From Bdellovibrionales bacterium (GTDB taxonomy: Bacteria; Bdellovibrionota; Bdellovibrionia; Bdellovibrionales; JAKFYE01): a stretch of 64,000 bases of DNA. A model generated the notes under the pieces. The model searched no databases. It worked only from the letters and a program-made list of their open reading frames with translations, and was not told the DNA's origin. The stretch lies in the NCBI GenBank assembly GCA_021731045.1, contig JAKFYE010000021.1, positions 31,577-95,576 on the forward strand, in the 5' to 3' direction. Of the stretch, positions 19,775 to 28,791 are shown piece after piece. Made by a program: the position numbers and the translations under genes. The first letter of the stretch is position 1; every line of letters begins with the position of its first letter.

Positions 19775-20046
19775 CACTTTCTCAAAATGAAACGTCAGCA
19801 TTTATACTTATTTTAAAAATCGAATTTTCGAATACTCAATTGTCGTGGTATTTACATAAGATCTTAATAAATACATAATTAAAGTCTCAAGTTGAGAATT
19901 AATGAAGAGGATTTGCCAAGCTTTATTGCCTCTTCAAGTGTAAACAAAGCGCATTTATTAAGGTGGCAAGATATCACGTAGAGGAAAAATTCCCCCTAAG
20001 TTTTGGGACATTCTTTCTAAAAAGACATCTTACTTTAGTTTGAGTC

Positions 20047-20062
20047 TGGCATAAATTCTGCT
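20047..20062 (+). promoter_or_regulatory. Putative sigma54 promoter with no downstream annotated CDS
   Basis: TGGCATAAATTCTGCT. Confidence 0.55.
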
Positions 20063-20072
20063 CTATATATAA

Positions 20073-20284
20073 TTAGATGTTGTCACGGCTACTTTAAATA
20101 TGTGATATGTTTAAACTCTATGAGTTTTAAAAAAGGCACATCATGGCAGACATCGATACACGCATCTGATAATTCAGGTGATGTAAGCCTCGCAGCAGTA
20201 ATAGAAGCCATCTTCTAGAGACTGATTACTGATTGTTGAGAGCTCAAACATAAAGTGAGAAGCCTAACTTTATGTTCCTTTTTT
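20073..20284 (+). ncRNA. Candidate structured small RNA (or 32-aa peptide gene)
   Basis: Sigma54-like promoter upstream, several hairpins, and a terminator with T run at the 3' end. Confidence 0.4.
20247..20284 (+). terminator. Intrinsic terminator
   Basis: aacataaagt...actttatgtt stem followed by cc and a T run. Confidence 0.6.
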
Positions 20285-21195
20285 TAAAAATTAGAATTCA
20301 ATATTAATTCGTCCAGATGAGCCAAGTTTATTTTTTTAATAGTTTCAAAATGACTCGCAATTTTTCCAGAAAGTACGGCCGTGGCTTGTGAAGAGCCGGT
20401 TTTAAAACCAAATTTTTTATGTGGTAAAGAAGAGTAGATTTTTTTGCCTAAAACTAAAATATTCCTACGTTCAATATTTATATTGCTTGTACTCAAAGTT
20501 AGGCCGCTTTCATCAGCCGCAACCACGGAGAGTATACCAGGCAATTGATAAGCTGCCGGGTAGAATGCGAAATATTCATTATCTTCAAATTTATTTCCGG
20601 CTGCGGCTACTACGATAATTCCCTTTTGAGTGGCCTCTGACAAAATTGAAAACTCATCACGGCTATAATTTAGTCCCCCACCTGAAATATTAATGATGTC
20701 AGCCTTCATCTCAATCGCGTATTTAATTGCGTCTAAAAATGAATTTTTATTATTTCCTGGATTTTGTATGTTTTCATAATATTTGATTGGCAAAATTTTA
20801 ATCGGGCGAGGTGAGTTTAAAGTCGTATTTTTAATAATTCCAGCAATGTGAGTTCCATGGCCATCACCATCTGAAATATCAGAATTTGCGTTGGCAAAAT
20901 TCCAGCCATGGACATCGTCAACAAAACCATTTTTGTCGTCATCAATTCCATTTAGAGCGCGGGAGGTCCCATTTGTGTCTAGTCCTATTTCTCCGTTATT
21001 TGACCAAATAACGTTTTGAAGATGAGGGTGCTCAATATCAATACCTGTATCAATAACAGCAATTAAAAGAGGTGGGAGAGAAGGTTGGGATGCCGCCAAT
21101 TGGCTTAAAAGAAAGACAAATAAAAAGAAAATACAGAAGGATTTAAATTTTTTATGTAGAATATGTTTGTTTAGTTTTCTTAATGTAAGTTTCAA
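20284..21195 (-). CDS. S8 (subtilisin-like) serine protease
   Basis: AVIDTGID, GHGTHIAG, AAAGN and TGSSQAT catalytic motifs; NGIDDDKNGFVDDVHGWNF. Start codon uncertain. Confidence 0.88.
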   Translation of the reverse strand: MKLTLRKLNKHILHKKFKSFCIFFLFVFLLSQLAASQPSLPPLLIAVIDTGIDIEHPHLQNVIWSNNGEIGLDTNGTSRALNGIDDDKNGFVDDVHGWNFANANSDISDGDGHGTHIAGIIKNTTLNSPRPIKILPIKYYENIQNPGNNKNSFLDAIKYAIEMKADIINISGGGLNYSRDEFSILSEATQKGIIVVAAAGNKFEDNEYFAFYPAAYQLPGILSVVAADESGLTLSTSNINIERRNILVLGKKIYSSLPHKKFGFKTGSSQATAVLSGKIASHFETIKKINLAHLDELILNSNF

Positions 21196-21311
21196 CTTAC
21201 AATCAAGATTATCACAGACTAAAAAAAATCAAAAAAAATAATAACTTAATTAAGATGGTACCTATGACACAAGTCCCAACAATTGGGGCTCATCGAGCCC
21301 CATAGTACTAG

Positions 21312-21785
21312 TTATTGATTGTAACCTCGAGGGATATTTGAATCTTGGGAAGGTAATGTACTATTAGGGGGTACAGTTGGTGTGCGTCCCTTGTCATATT
21401 CTGTATCGACTTCGTTATCAGGTATGCTTGCCGGCGCTCGAGTAGGTGCAGGAGTCATAATATTTAGTAATCCTAAAGTTGAACCATCGAGCATACCCGT
21501 CTGAGGGATCCCTCGCTCCAACTGAAACTTTTCAACCGCGGCCGTTGTTTTTGGCCCTAAAACTCCATCGGCGGTAAGATCGTAACCATGATTAATGAGA
21601 GCCTGTTGAGCCTCTATTACCGTTGAACGATCCAATGCGGATTCTGAGACATTTCGTCTTGTTTCTCGAATGGCATCTTTAGGCGATCCTAGATTGCTTT
21701 CGATCTGACGGTTAGATTCAGCATACGATAACAGTGACATCAAAGTTGTAATCGCAAAAAGTGTTGTAAGTGTACTCAATTTCAT
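21312..21785 (-). CDS. Secreted peptidoglycan-binding domain (PG_binding_1) protein
   Basis: AQQAL..GY...DGVLGPKT.AAV.KFQ...G...TG.LD motif; signal peptide; AGGAG RBS. Confidence 0.88.
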   Translation of the reverse strand: MKLSTLTTLFAITTLMSLLSYAESNRQIESNLGSPKDAIRETRRNVSESALDRSTVIEAQQALINHGYDLTADGVLGPKTTAAVEKFQLERGIPQTGMLDGSTLGLLNIMTPAPTRAPASIPDNEVDTEYDKGRTPTVPPNSTLPSQDSNIPRGYNQ

Positions 21786-21897
21786 ATGGGTCTCCTATAA
21801 GCAAATCAATTCAGTGGATAGAGATAGAATATAGAGAGCTGAAATGTCTGCAAAATAGGAATTAATGAATAAAGATTAACGTGAGAGTGTCAACTGT

Positions 21898-23022
21898 CTA
21901 CGCTGATTTTTTAAATGTCTTTACGATGGGACATTCGGAAGGAGGTGCAAACAAGTATTTTTTAACTTCTTCATTGCTAGAGCGCCAGATAACATTGTCT
22001 ATAAAGTAATGATGAATATTAATAAATAAAAGGAAGGACGCAAGAAAAGGAGTTTGCCCAAAAAATCCATCGGGTAATACTTTTAATGAGTCTAGCCAAT
22101 TTGGTAGAAACTCAAAACTGATAGCACCAAGAAAGGTCGCCACAAACATAAATGAAACAAATTGTTGAACCCAGGCTGCACGCTTTTCACTTCCTTTAAG
22201 ATGTAATGTGCGAGCTTCAACTTGGTTAGTTTTAAAGGACCATACAAAAACTAAATACTGTAATGAGTGAAAGAGTGGAATTAAATAAGCAAAAGACTTG
22301 TGCGCAAACGCGGGTAGATACCACACATATAGAGCTGCATAAGCCGCAATGGCAGAAGAATTTAAAACTTGTCCTTGTACAATATATTTTTTTATTCCGA
22401 AAAATAAAACCGCAAGACCCGTGAGGGCGATACTCGCATACATAATCATAGTTAACTGTGGGGGGAAGTTGAGACTTGAGTATGTTACGCCATAGAAGTT
22501 ACCACTAAAAGTGCCCGTGTTACCTCTAACAAACGAGAGAGCCCAGATGGAAAATAAATTGGCAAGTAGAAGTTGTCTTTCAAAATTAGAAAAATACATT
22601 TTTCTTCGTGCGGAGGTTACGATAATACAACCAAACACTTGCTTGGTATAATGCCATCCCACCAAAAAATACATGGTTGTGACAAAATACCCCAAAACGA
22701 ATCCTTGTAAGGTGCTAAGCGCATAAAATAATCCACCGGCTAATGTCAGGGGTGCAAGCACGGCTGCCCAAAAATAACTAAATTTTTGAAAAATATTTTT
22801 TCTAAAATCTCGGTATAAAAGGCAGTAGGAAGAAAGAAAATGAGGGTGATTAACAATAAACGCAAGCCCAAACGCTAATTGAGAAATTGTATTAACGGAA
22901 TCTCCCTTATCCGTAAAGGTCCAGCACGCCAAACACACGAGTATAGAAAAACCGCCAAGTAAAAAAGCTTCCCATGAAAAAAATGAATCTTGCTGTGAAA
23001 TCTCAGTTTGTGCTGCTGCCAT
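21898..23022 (-). CDS. Polytopic membrane protein with His boxes (possible di-iron enzyme)
   Basis: About 9 TM helices; NHPHF, GWHYTKQ, FHSLQY and IHHYFID motifs. Confidence 0.7.
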   Translation of the reverse strand: MAAAQTEISQQDSFFSWEAFLLGGFSILVCLACWTFTDKGDSVNTISQLAFGLAFIVNHPHFLSSYCLLYRDFRKNIFQKFSYFWAAVLAPLTLAGGLFYALSTLQGFVLGYFVTTMYFLVGWHYTKQVFGCIIVTSARRKMYFSNFERQLLLANLFSIWALSFVRGNTGTFSGNFYGVTYSSLNFPPQLTMIMYASIALTGLAVLFFGIKKYIVQGQVLNSSAIAAYAALYVWYLPAFAHKSFAYLIPLFHSLQYLVFVWSFKTNQVEARTLHLKGSEKRAAWVQQFVSFMFVATFLGAISFEFLPNWLDSLKVLPDGFFGQTPFLASFLLFINIHHYFIDNVIWRSSNEEVKKYLFAPPSECPIVKTFKKSA

Positions 23023-23031
23023 ACTAACGAA

Positions 23032-23059
23032 GTATCGGAATTTCTAAAAATTATTTTTA
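23032..23059 (-). promoter_or_regulatory. Putative FliA (sigma28) promoter
   Basis: Minus strand reads TAAA-N16-TCCGATAC, ending 9 nt before the ATG. Confidence 0.55.
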
Positions 23060-23136
23060 GAAATTATTTTTTATTTCGAATAAGAAAACCTGGCTAAGGT
23101 CGAGTGCCAACACTGGTATAATCTTTATCCCTAAAT

Positions 23137-23799
23137 TTAAAGCGCCAGGCCACAATCCTTGATTAAATAACCTAGTTCTGTATTGAGATCGGCATTTTCG
23201 CAGCTTGTTCCACCGGCACCTAAACATAATCCTTCTGCTAATTCGACATTAATACAACGAAGTCCTAATCCTCCTGCACGACATAATCCCTCGCCAACAC
23301 CCATTTCGACGCAAAAATCTGCATTTGCGCCTCTACAAATCGCCTCGCCCAATCCGACATTGAAACAAAAACCACGAGCTCCTGTTTGGCAAATTCCTTC
23401 TGCGAGACTTAGGCCGCCCCAGCAGAAAGATCCGTTTCCAGCGTCACAAACAGCATCACCTAAACTCAACGTTGCGCAATTTCCGCCTTTGGCAACCTTA
23501 CAAATGCCTTCGGATAATGTGCAGTTTTCACAGCCCGAACTGTTAGCTCCTTTACATATGGCTTCACCAAAGGATTGTATGTTTTCACAAGAAGTGCCGC
23601 CGCTTGAGTGACAAATAGCATGATTGAAACTTGCGTTAGGACACGAACGTCCAGAGGAGTTACAAATATCTTCAGCCGTTATAGGTAATTCTTGAATGTG
23701 TGTTAGGAGCCATAATCGAGCAACCTTACAAAACTCTTTTGATGCGGCCTCTGTTTGTAGAGAAAAAAACAAGAATGAAAATACGATTAATAACTTCAT
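23137..23799 (-). CDS. Secreted Cys/Gly-rich tandem-repeat protein
   Basis: Signal peptide; GGAGG RBS; nine ~18-aa repeats of [ED][AG][IL]C-x7-C. Confidence 0.8.
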   Translation of the reverse strand: MKLLIVFSFLFFSLQTEAASKEFCKVARLWLLTHIQELPITAEDICNSSGRSCPNASFNHAICHSSGGTSCENIQSFGEAICKGANSSGCENCTLSEGICKVAKGGNCATLSLGDAVCDAGNGSFCWGGLSLAEGICQTGARGFCFNVGLGEAICRGANADFCVEMGVGEGLCRAGGLGLRCINVELAEGLCLGAGGTSCENADLNTELGYLIKDCGLAL

Positions 23800-23908
23800 A
23801 AATCCTCCAAACGTATTTTTAACTATTACGTATTTAATCTGTCATTAGGTTATTACTAATGCATCAGTTTAATTGACACCCCATAAGGCGTTGAATAGAT
23901 TTTCGTCT

Positions 23909-25930
23909 ATGGTTAAGAATATGCTTAGCTGGTGGCGAGACCTTTCAATTTTTAAAAAGCTCTATGGCGTCGTAGGGGTAATGGCCCTCTTGATCGCTTT
24001 TGAGCTCTTATCGATGCTTTTTACAACAGACATACTTTCTGCAGTGCGCTCTTTTGTGGGTGGAGAAGGCATATGGTCAAAGGCGCAAAAAGACTCAATT
24101 CAGAGCTTACATAAATACGCGTTTACCTCGGATCGTAAGTACTACCTAGAGTTCCAAGAACATCTTTTAATTCCCTATGGCGATCGTCGGGCGCGTTTAG
24201 AAATGCAAAAACCCGATTTTAATGAAGACGAAGTACGTGAAGGCTTTATTCAAGGTCAGATTCATCCAGACGATATCAATGGTCTGATACGCTTGTTCCG
24301 ACGCTTTCATCAAGTAAGTTACATTAAAAAAGCCATTACTATTTGGTCGCAAGCCGATGCTCTTTTAGATGAACTCATTTTTGCTGCGGCTAAACTCGAT
24401 GTGGTAATTTCTCAACGACCTCGATCTCAAGCGCGTGTTGAGGAGGCGCTTTTGAATGTGGATTCTCTCAATAAGAAACTAACGGTTTTAGAAAATGAAT
24501 TTTCGGCTGTTTTGGGTGAAGGCTCGCGATGGCTCGAAGGGTTGCTTCGTTATTTGCTTTTATTTGCCGTGTTGATAGTAGAAAGCACGGGGCTTTACTT
24601 CACGTTTTCTTTTAGTCGCAACCTAAGTCGCAGTATCAAAGAAATGAGTCTTGTGGCTAAAAATGTTGGATCAGGAGATTTTTCTAAAAAAGTTCCTGTG
24701 CAGTCAAAAGATGAATTAGGACAGTTGGCTTCAACGATAAACAAAATGACGGACGACCTAGAGAATAGCATTGGGCGTCGACAAAAAGCAGAAAATGAAA
24801 ATCAAATTAAAACACTGTTTTTAGCAAACATGAGTCATGAAATACGAACACCACTCGGTATTATTTTGGGGTTAACAGAGGCTCTTAAGCAGCCTGACCT
24901 AACATCTGAAGAGCAGACAAAATTTATAGAAACAATTGAGAGAACGGGTCACGACTTAAAACAAATTGTGAATGACATTTTAGACATTTCTAAAGTTGAA
25001 GCGGGTTATTTAGATATTGAAAAGACACGTTTTTCACTAACTCAATTTTTAGAAGAGCTGCACAGCGCGCTGAGCGCGAAAGCCGTAAAAAGTGATAATA
25101 CATTAGTCTTCGAGACGAATACAGAGATTCAATCGGATATGGTATTTACGGACCGTATTCGATTACGACAAATTTTAACAAACATTTTGGGCAATGCTTT
25201 GAAGTTTACTAAAAAGGGAGCGGTTAAGCTTACCTGGTGGTGTTTAAATGGCCAACTGCATTTCAGAGTTTCGGATACGGGAATAGGAATAACAAAAGAA
25301 CAATCTAAACAATTGTTTCAAGCATTTTCGCAGTTGGATTCTTCAACAACCCGACAGTTTGGTGGTACAGGTTTAGGTCTATTTCTGTCTCGTAATTTAG
25401 CGATCATGCTTGGGGGAAATATTATTTTAGAATACAGTACTCCTAGTAAAGGCTCTTCATTTCTTATCACTGTCGAATCAGATTTAGGAGAAGACTTGGG
25501 ATCTCAAAACGCAAGTCAAAATGTGAACTCTGAAAAACAGCGTGATAATGTACTTAAAGGAAAAAAAATCCTAATCGTTGATGACTCGGCAGACAATCAA
25601 CTACTTATGCAATTTTTTCTTAAAAAATGGAATATTGATTTTGAGAGCGCTGTGAATGGAAAAGAAGGGGTTGATAAAGCCTGTGCAGGAGATTTTGACT
25701 TGGTATTAATGGATATCCAAATGCCACTAATGGATGGTTACCAGGCCACTCAAGAGCTTAGAAAGAGAAATTTTAGTAAGCCGATCAACGCTTTAACTGC
25801 CCATGCAATGAAAGTAGATCAAGATCGTTGTCTTCAAGCGGGATGTGATGAATATTTAACAAAGCCAATAGATCTTAAACAAATTCATCAAACCCTAGTG
25901 CAGTACCTATCTGATCAACGGATAAGATAA
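23909..25930 (+). CDS. Hybrid histidine kinase (sensor, HAMP, HisKA, HATPase, REC)
   Basis: SAVRSFVGGEGIWSKAQK sensor, KDELGQLA HAMP, SHEIRTP, GGTGLGL and LMDIQMP motifs. Confidence 0.92.
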   Translation: MVKNMLSWWRDLSIFKKLYGVVGVMALLIAFELLSMLFTTDILSAVRSFVGGEGIWSKAQKDSIQSLHKYAFTSDRKYYLEFQEHLLIPYGDRRARLEMQKPDFNEDEVREGFIQGQIHPDDINGLIRLFRRFHQVSYIKKAITIWSQADALLDELIFAAAKLDVVISQRPRSQARVEEALLNVDSLNKKLTVLENEFSAVLGEGSRWLEGLLRYLLLFAVLIVESTGLYFTFSFSRNLSRSIKEMSLVAKNVGSGDFSKKVPVQSKDELGQLASTINKMTDDLENSIGRRQKAENENQIKTLFLANMSHEIRTPLGIILGLTEALKQPDLTSEEQTKFIETIERTGHDLKQIVNDILDISKVEAGYLDIEKTRFSLTQFLEELHSALSAKAVKSDNTLVFETNTEIQSDMVFTDRIRLRQILTNILGNALKFTKKGAVKLTWWCLNGQLHFRVSDTGIGITKEQSKQLFQAFSQLDSSTTRQFGGTGLGLFLSRNLAIMLGGNIILEYSTPSKGSSFLITVESDLGEDLGSQNASQNVNSEKQRDNVLKGKKILIVDDSADNQLLMQFFLKKWNIDFESAVNGKEGVDKACAGDFDLVLMDIQMPLMDGYQATQELRKRNFSKPINALTAHAMKVDQDRCLQAGCDEYLTKPIDLKQIHQTLVQYLSDQRIR

Positions 25931-25977
25931 TCTCTACCTATATATCTGAATAATCCTATATTCTATTACTGGCCTTT

Positions 25978-26220
25978 TTAAGCATCTGACAAACGATCAA
26001 CGGCAAAATGACTTTCGGCGTTTGCACAATGCGCGCAACAGAAAAAAGTCCCCTTTGCCTCCATGCCGTGCCCAATGATTAGTGAGTTGCAATGCGCACA
26101 ATGTGGTGCAATTTTGTTAATTGCGCACTCAAAGCTGTCAAAGACATGTTGATCTCCGTTGCTAAGAGTAATTATAAAAGCCTTGTCGTATATGTTACCG
26201 CAACTTTCACAGGTTCGCAT
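25978..26220 (-). CDS. Small Cys/His-rich metallothionein-like protein
   Basis: CESCGN.YDKAF, FDSFECAI..IAP.C.HC and IIGHG.E..G.FFCCAHCA motifs; GAGG RBS. Confidence 0.8.
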   Translation of the reverse strand: MRTCESCGNIYDKAFIITLSNGDQHVFDSFECAINKIAPHCAHCNSLIIGHGMEAKGTFFCCAHCANAESHFAVDRLSDA

Positions 26221-26412
26221 AAGTCCCTCACGTCTTTACGGGGTTTACTTGAGCTATAATAAACACTTTATGTGCCAATTTAAAATTAGTGTTAGGTGTA
26301 AGATATCTTTTAATCGCCTTTAAGACGGGGCAAATTTGAACTTTTCAAGAGGAGAACTGACTCATTGTAAATAAGGACGTAATAATTTACGCCTTACATT
26401 TAAATTTAAAAT

Positions 26413-26919
26413 CTACTTTTTATAAGGAAGTTCGCCGAGATAATCTTTTTTGCCAATGTCGACGCCGTTATGTCGTAAAATAGAATATGCAGTCGTAACA
26501 TGAAAGTAAAAGTTAGGAACCGCATGGTGAATGACAAATTCTTTTCCAGTTAAATATTTACCCTCCCAGCGTGGCTGAGAAATATGACGGTCTTCAGCGC
26601 CGTTGAAATCTTGGGACGTAAAAGAATTAAGATATTGGATAACGCTTTCAATTCGACTCTTGATTTCAGAATAAGTCTTTTCAGTATCAGGATGAGTAGG
26701 GGCTTCTTTATTTGCTAAACGTGCGCCGCAAAGCTTTGCGGTATCACATGCAATTTGAATTTGACGAATTAAATTAAACTGATCTGGAGCTAGACGAGCT
26801 TGTAACAAAACATCAAATTCAAATTTTTTTGCTTCTGCATGCTTTACGCCTTTATCTAAAAGGTTTAATAGATTTTTTAATGTTTTGGAAAACTGAGGAA
26901 GTGTAAGTTCGTAAAGCAT
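26413..26919 (-). CDS. DUF1993-family protein
   Basis: ARLAPDQF.L..QIQIACD and PNFYFHVTTAY.ILRHNGV.IGK.DY motifs. Confidence 0.9.
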   Translation of the reverse strand: MLYELTLPQFSKTLKNLLNLLDKGVKHAEAKKFEFDVLLQARLAPDQFNLIRQIQIACDTAKLCGARLANKEAPTHPDTEKTYSEIKSRIESVIQYLNSFTSQDFNGAEDRHISQPRWEGKYLTGKEFVIHHAVPNFYFHVTTAYSILRHNGVDIGKKDYLGELPYKK

Positions 26920-27047
26920 ATTCGCTCCATATTTAAAATTGGTTGAGTCTATATATGAACAAGAAATGAAGTCTTGCCAAGTCTATTCGCAGCGCCATAA
27001 TGCCAATAAATATTGATTTATTAGAAGAGAACAGCGATCTTTCCCCT

Positions 27048-27488
27048 ATGGACATTCACAGATTTTTATTCGAAACAAATGCAGATTTTATTAATATTGC
27101 GAGCCTCGTCATTCGTCTTTTTATTGGCATTTGCTTTATTATCCATGGTTTAGGAAAGCTCGGAATTGTAGGGCCCGGAAACATGAATGGCTTTGAAGGA
27201 TGGCTCAAAAGTCTTGGCGTACCGTTACCGGCACTTCAGGCACGTCTCGCTATGCTATGTGAAATCGGTGGTGGATTGCTAATAACATTGGGTTTAGCAA
27301 CTCGCATAGGGGCGGCCCTCTGTCTTTGTATTATGATTGTTGCAGGTACTATTGGCCATAAGGGTGGAGGTTATTTGATAACAAATAATCCACCTGGGAA
27401 TGAATATACAATTAATCTAGCGGCTATTCTGATTGCATTAATTTTATTAGGACCTGGAAGCTATTCGTTAGATGCGTTGCTGTTTTAG
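27048..27488 (+). CDS. DoxX-family membrane protein
   Basis: R..IG..FI.HG..K, EIGGG..I.LG.ATR and GPG.YSLD motifs. Confidence 0.88.
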   Translation: MDIHRFLFETNADFINIASLVIRLFIGICFIIHGLGKLGIVGPGNMNGFEGWLKSLGVPLPALQARLAMLCEIGGGLLITLGLATRIGAALCLCIMIVAGTIGHKGGGYLITNNPPGNEYTINLAAILIALILLGPGSYSLDALLF

Positions 27489-27511
27489 TCACTCCTTAGG
27501 AATGTGAAGAA

Positions 27512-28789
27512 TTAAGCTTCACGCATGGGATTATTAGGATGACGAGTCCAATTTAAAAATGGCTTTCCGTTGTCTACTTTGACCATATTAATTGCGCCCG
27601 GTACAGGGCAAGCCAATAGACATAAATTACAACCCACGCATTCTTTATCGATAATTTCATAGCGATTTTTATTATTCGGTTTTTGTTGTGTCGATTTTGA
27701 AATCGCTTGGTGAGATGTGTCTTCACAAGCGATATAACAAATGCCGCAACTGATACATTTTGTTTGATCGATGTTTGCGATAATTTGATAGTTTAAATCT
27801 AAATATTTCCAATCCGTAATATTAGGAATAGCTTTGCCGACAAAATCATCGAGTTTTTTATAACCTTTGCTATCCATCCAATTGCTAAGACCATCGACCA
27901 TGTCTTCGACAATTTTAAAGCCGTAGTGCATAGCGGCCGTACAGACCTGTACAGATTGTGAACCCAAAGCCATAAATTCAGCCGCGTCTTTCCACGTGGC
28001 TATTCCACCAATTCCTGAAATCGGCAATCCACGAGTCTCCGCGTCTCTGGCAATTTCTGCCACCATGTTCATGGCTATAGGTTTAACTGCAGGTCCACAG
28101 TATCCCCCATGCGTACCTTTGCCGCCAACGGTGGGCATTGGGGCCATGATATCGAGGTCTACATTCGTAATAGAATTAATTGTATTAATAAGAGAGACCC
28201 CATCGGCGCCACCTTTTTTTGCCGCTCGAGCGGGAAGGCGAACATCTCCAATATTAGGGGTGAGTTTTACTAAAACGGGCATTCTCGTATTGGCCTTTAC
28301 CCATCGTGTGACCATTTCAACATATTCTGGAACTTGTCCTACGGCAGAGCCCATTCCACGCTCACTCATCCCGTGAGGACATCCAAAGTTAAGCTCAACG
28401 CCATCAGCATTTGTCGTTTCTACTTTTTTAAGAATGCGTTTCCAAGACTCTTCATTGCAAGGAACCATGAGAGAGACAACAACGGCGCGATCCGGCCATT
28501 TGCTTTTCACTTCTTTAATTTCGCGCAAATTAACTTCAAGAGGGCGATCTGTAATGAGTTCAATATTATTGAATCCCATAATTTTATATCCGTTTAAATC
28601 GACAGCACCGTAGCGAGAACTAACATTCACGACGGGAGGGTCTTCTCCCAAAGTTTTCCAAACAACGCCGCCCCAACCAGCACGAAACGCTCTTTCAACA
28701 TTGTAGGCCTTGTCTGTTGGAGGAGCAGATGCGAGCCAAAACGGATTCGGTGATTTAATTCCTGCGATATGAGTTGATAAATCCGCCAT
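27512..28789 (-). CDS. preA: NAD-dependent dihydropyrimidine dehydrogenase subunit PreA
   Basis: NPFWLASAPP, NNIELI, ELNFGCPHGM, KLTPN and SLINT motifs; two C-terminal 4Fe-4S motifs. Confidence 0.95.
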   Translation of the reverse strand: MADLSTHIAGIKSPNPFWLASAPPTDKAYNVERAFRAGWGGVVWKTLGEDPPVVNVSSRYGAVDLNGYKIMGFNNIELITDRPLEVNLREIKEVKSKWPDRAVVVSLMVPCNEESWKRILKKVETTNADGVELNFGCPHGMSERGMGSAVGQVPEYVEMVTRWVKANTRMPVLVKLTPNIGDVRLPARAAKKGGADGVSLINTINSITNVDLDIMAPMPTVGGKGTHGGYCGPAVKPIAMNMVAEIARDAETRGLPISGIGGIATWKDAAEFMALGSQSVQVCTAAMHYGFKIVEDMVDGLSNWMDSKGYKKLDDFVGKAIPNITDWKYLDLNYQIIANIDQTKCISCGICYIACEDTSHQAISKSTQQKPNNKNRYEIIDKECVGCNLCLLACPVPGAINMVKVDNGKPFLNWTRHPNNPMREA

Positions 28790-28791
28790 GA

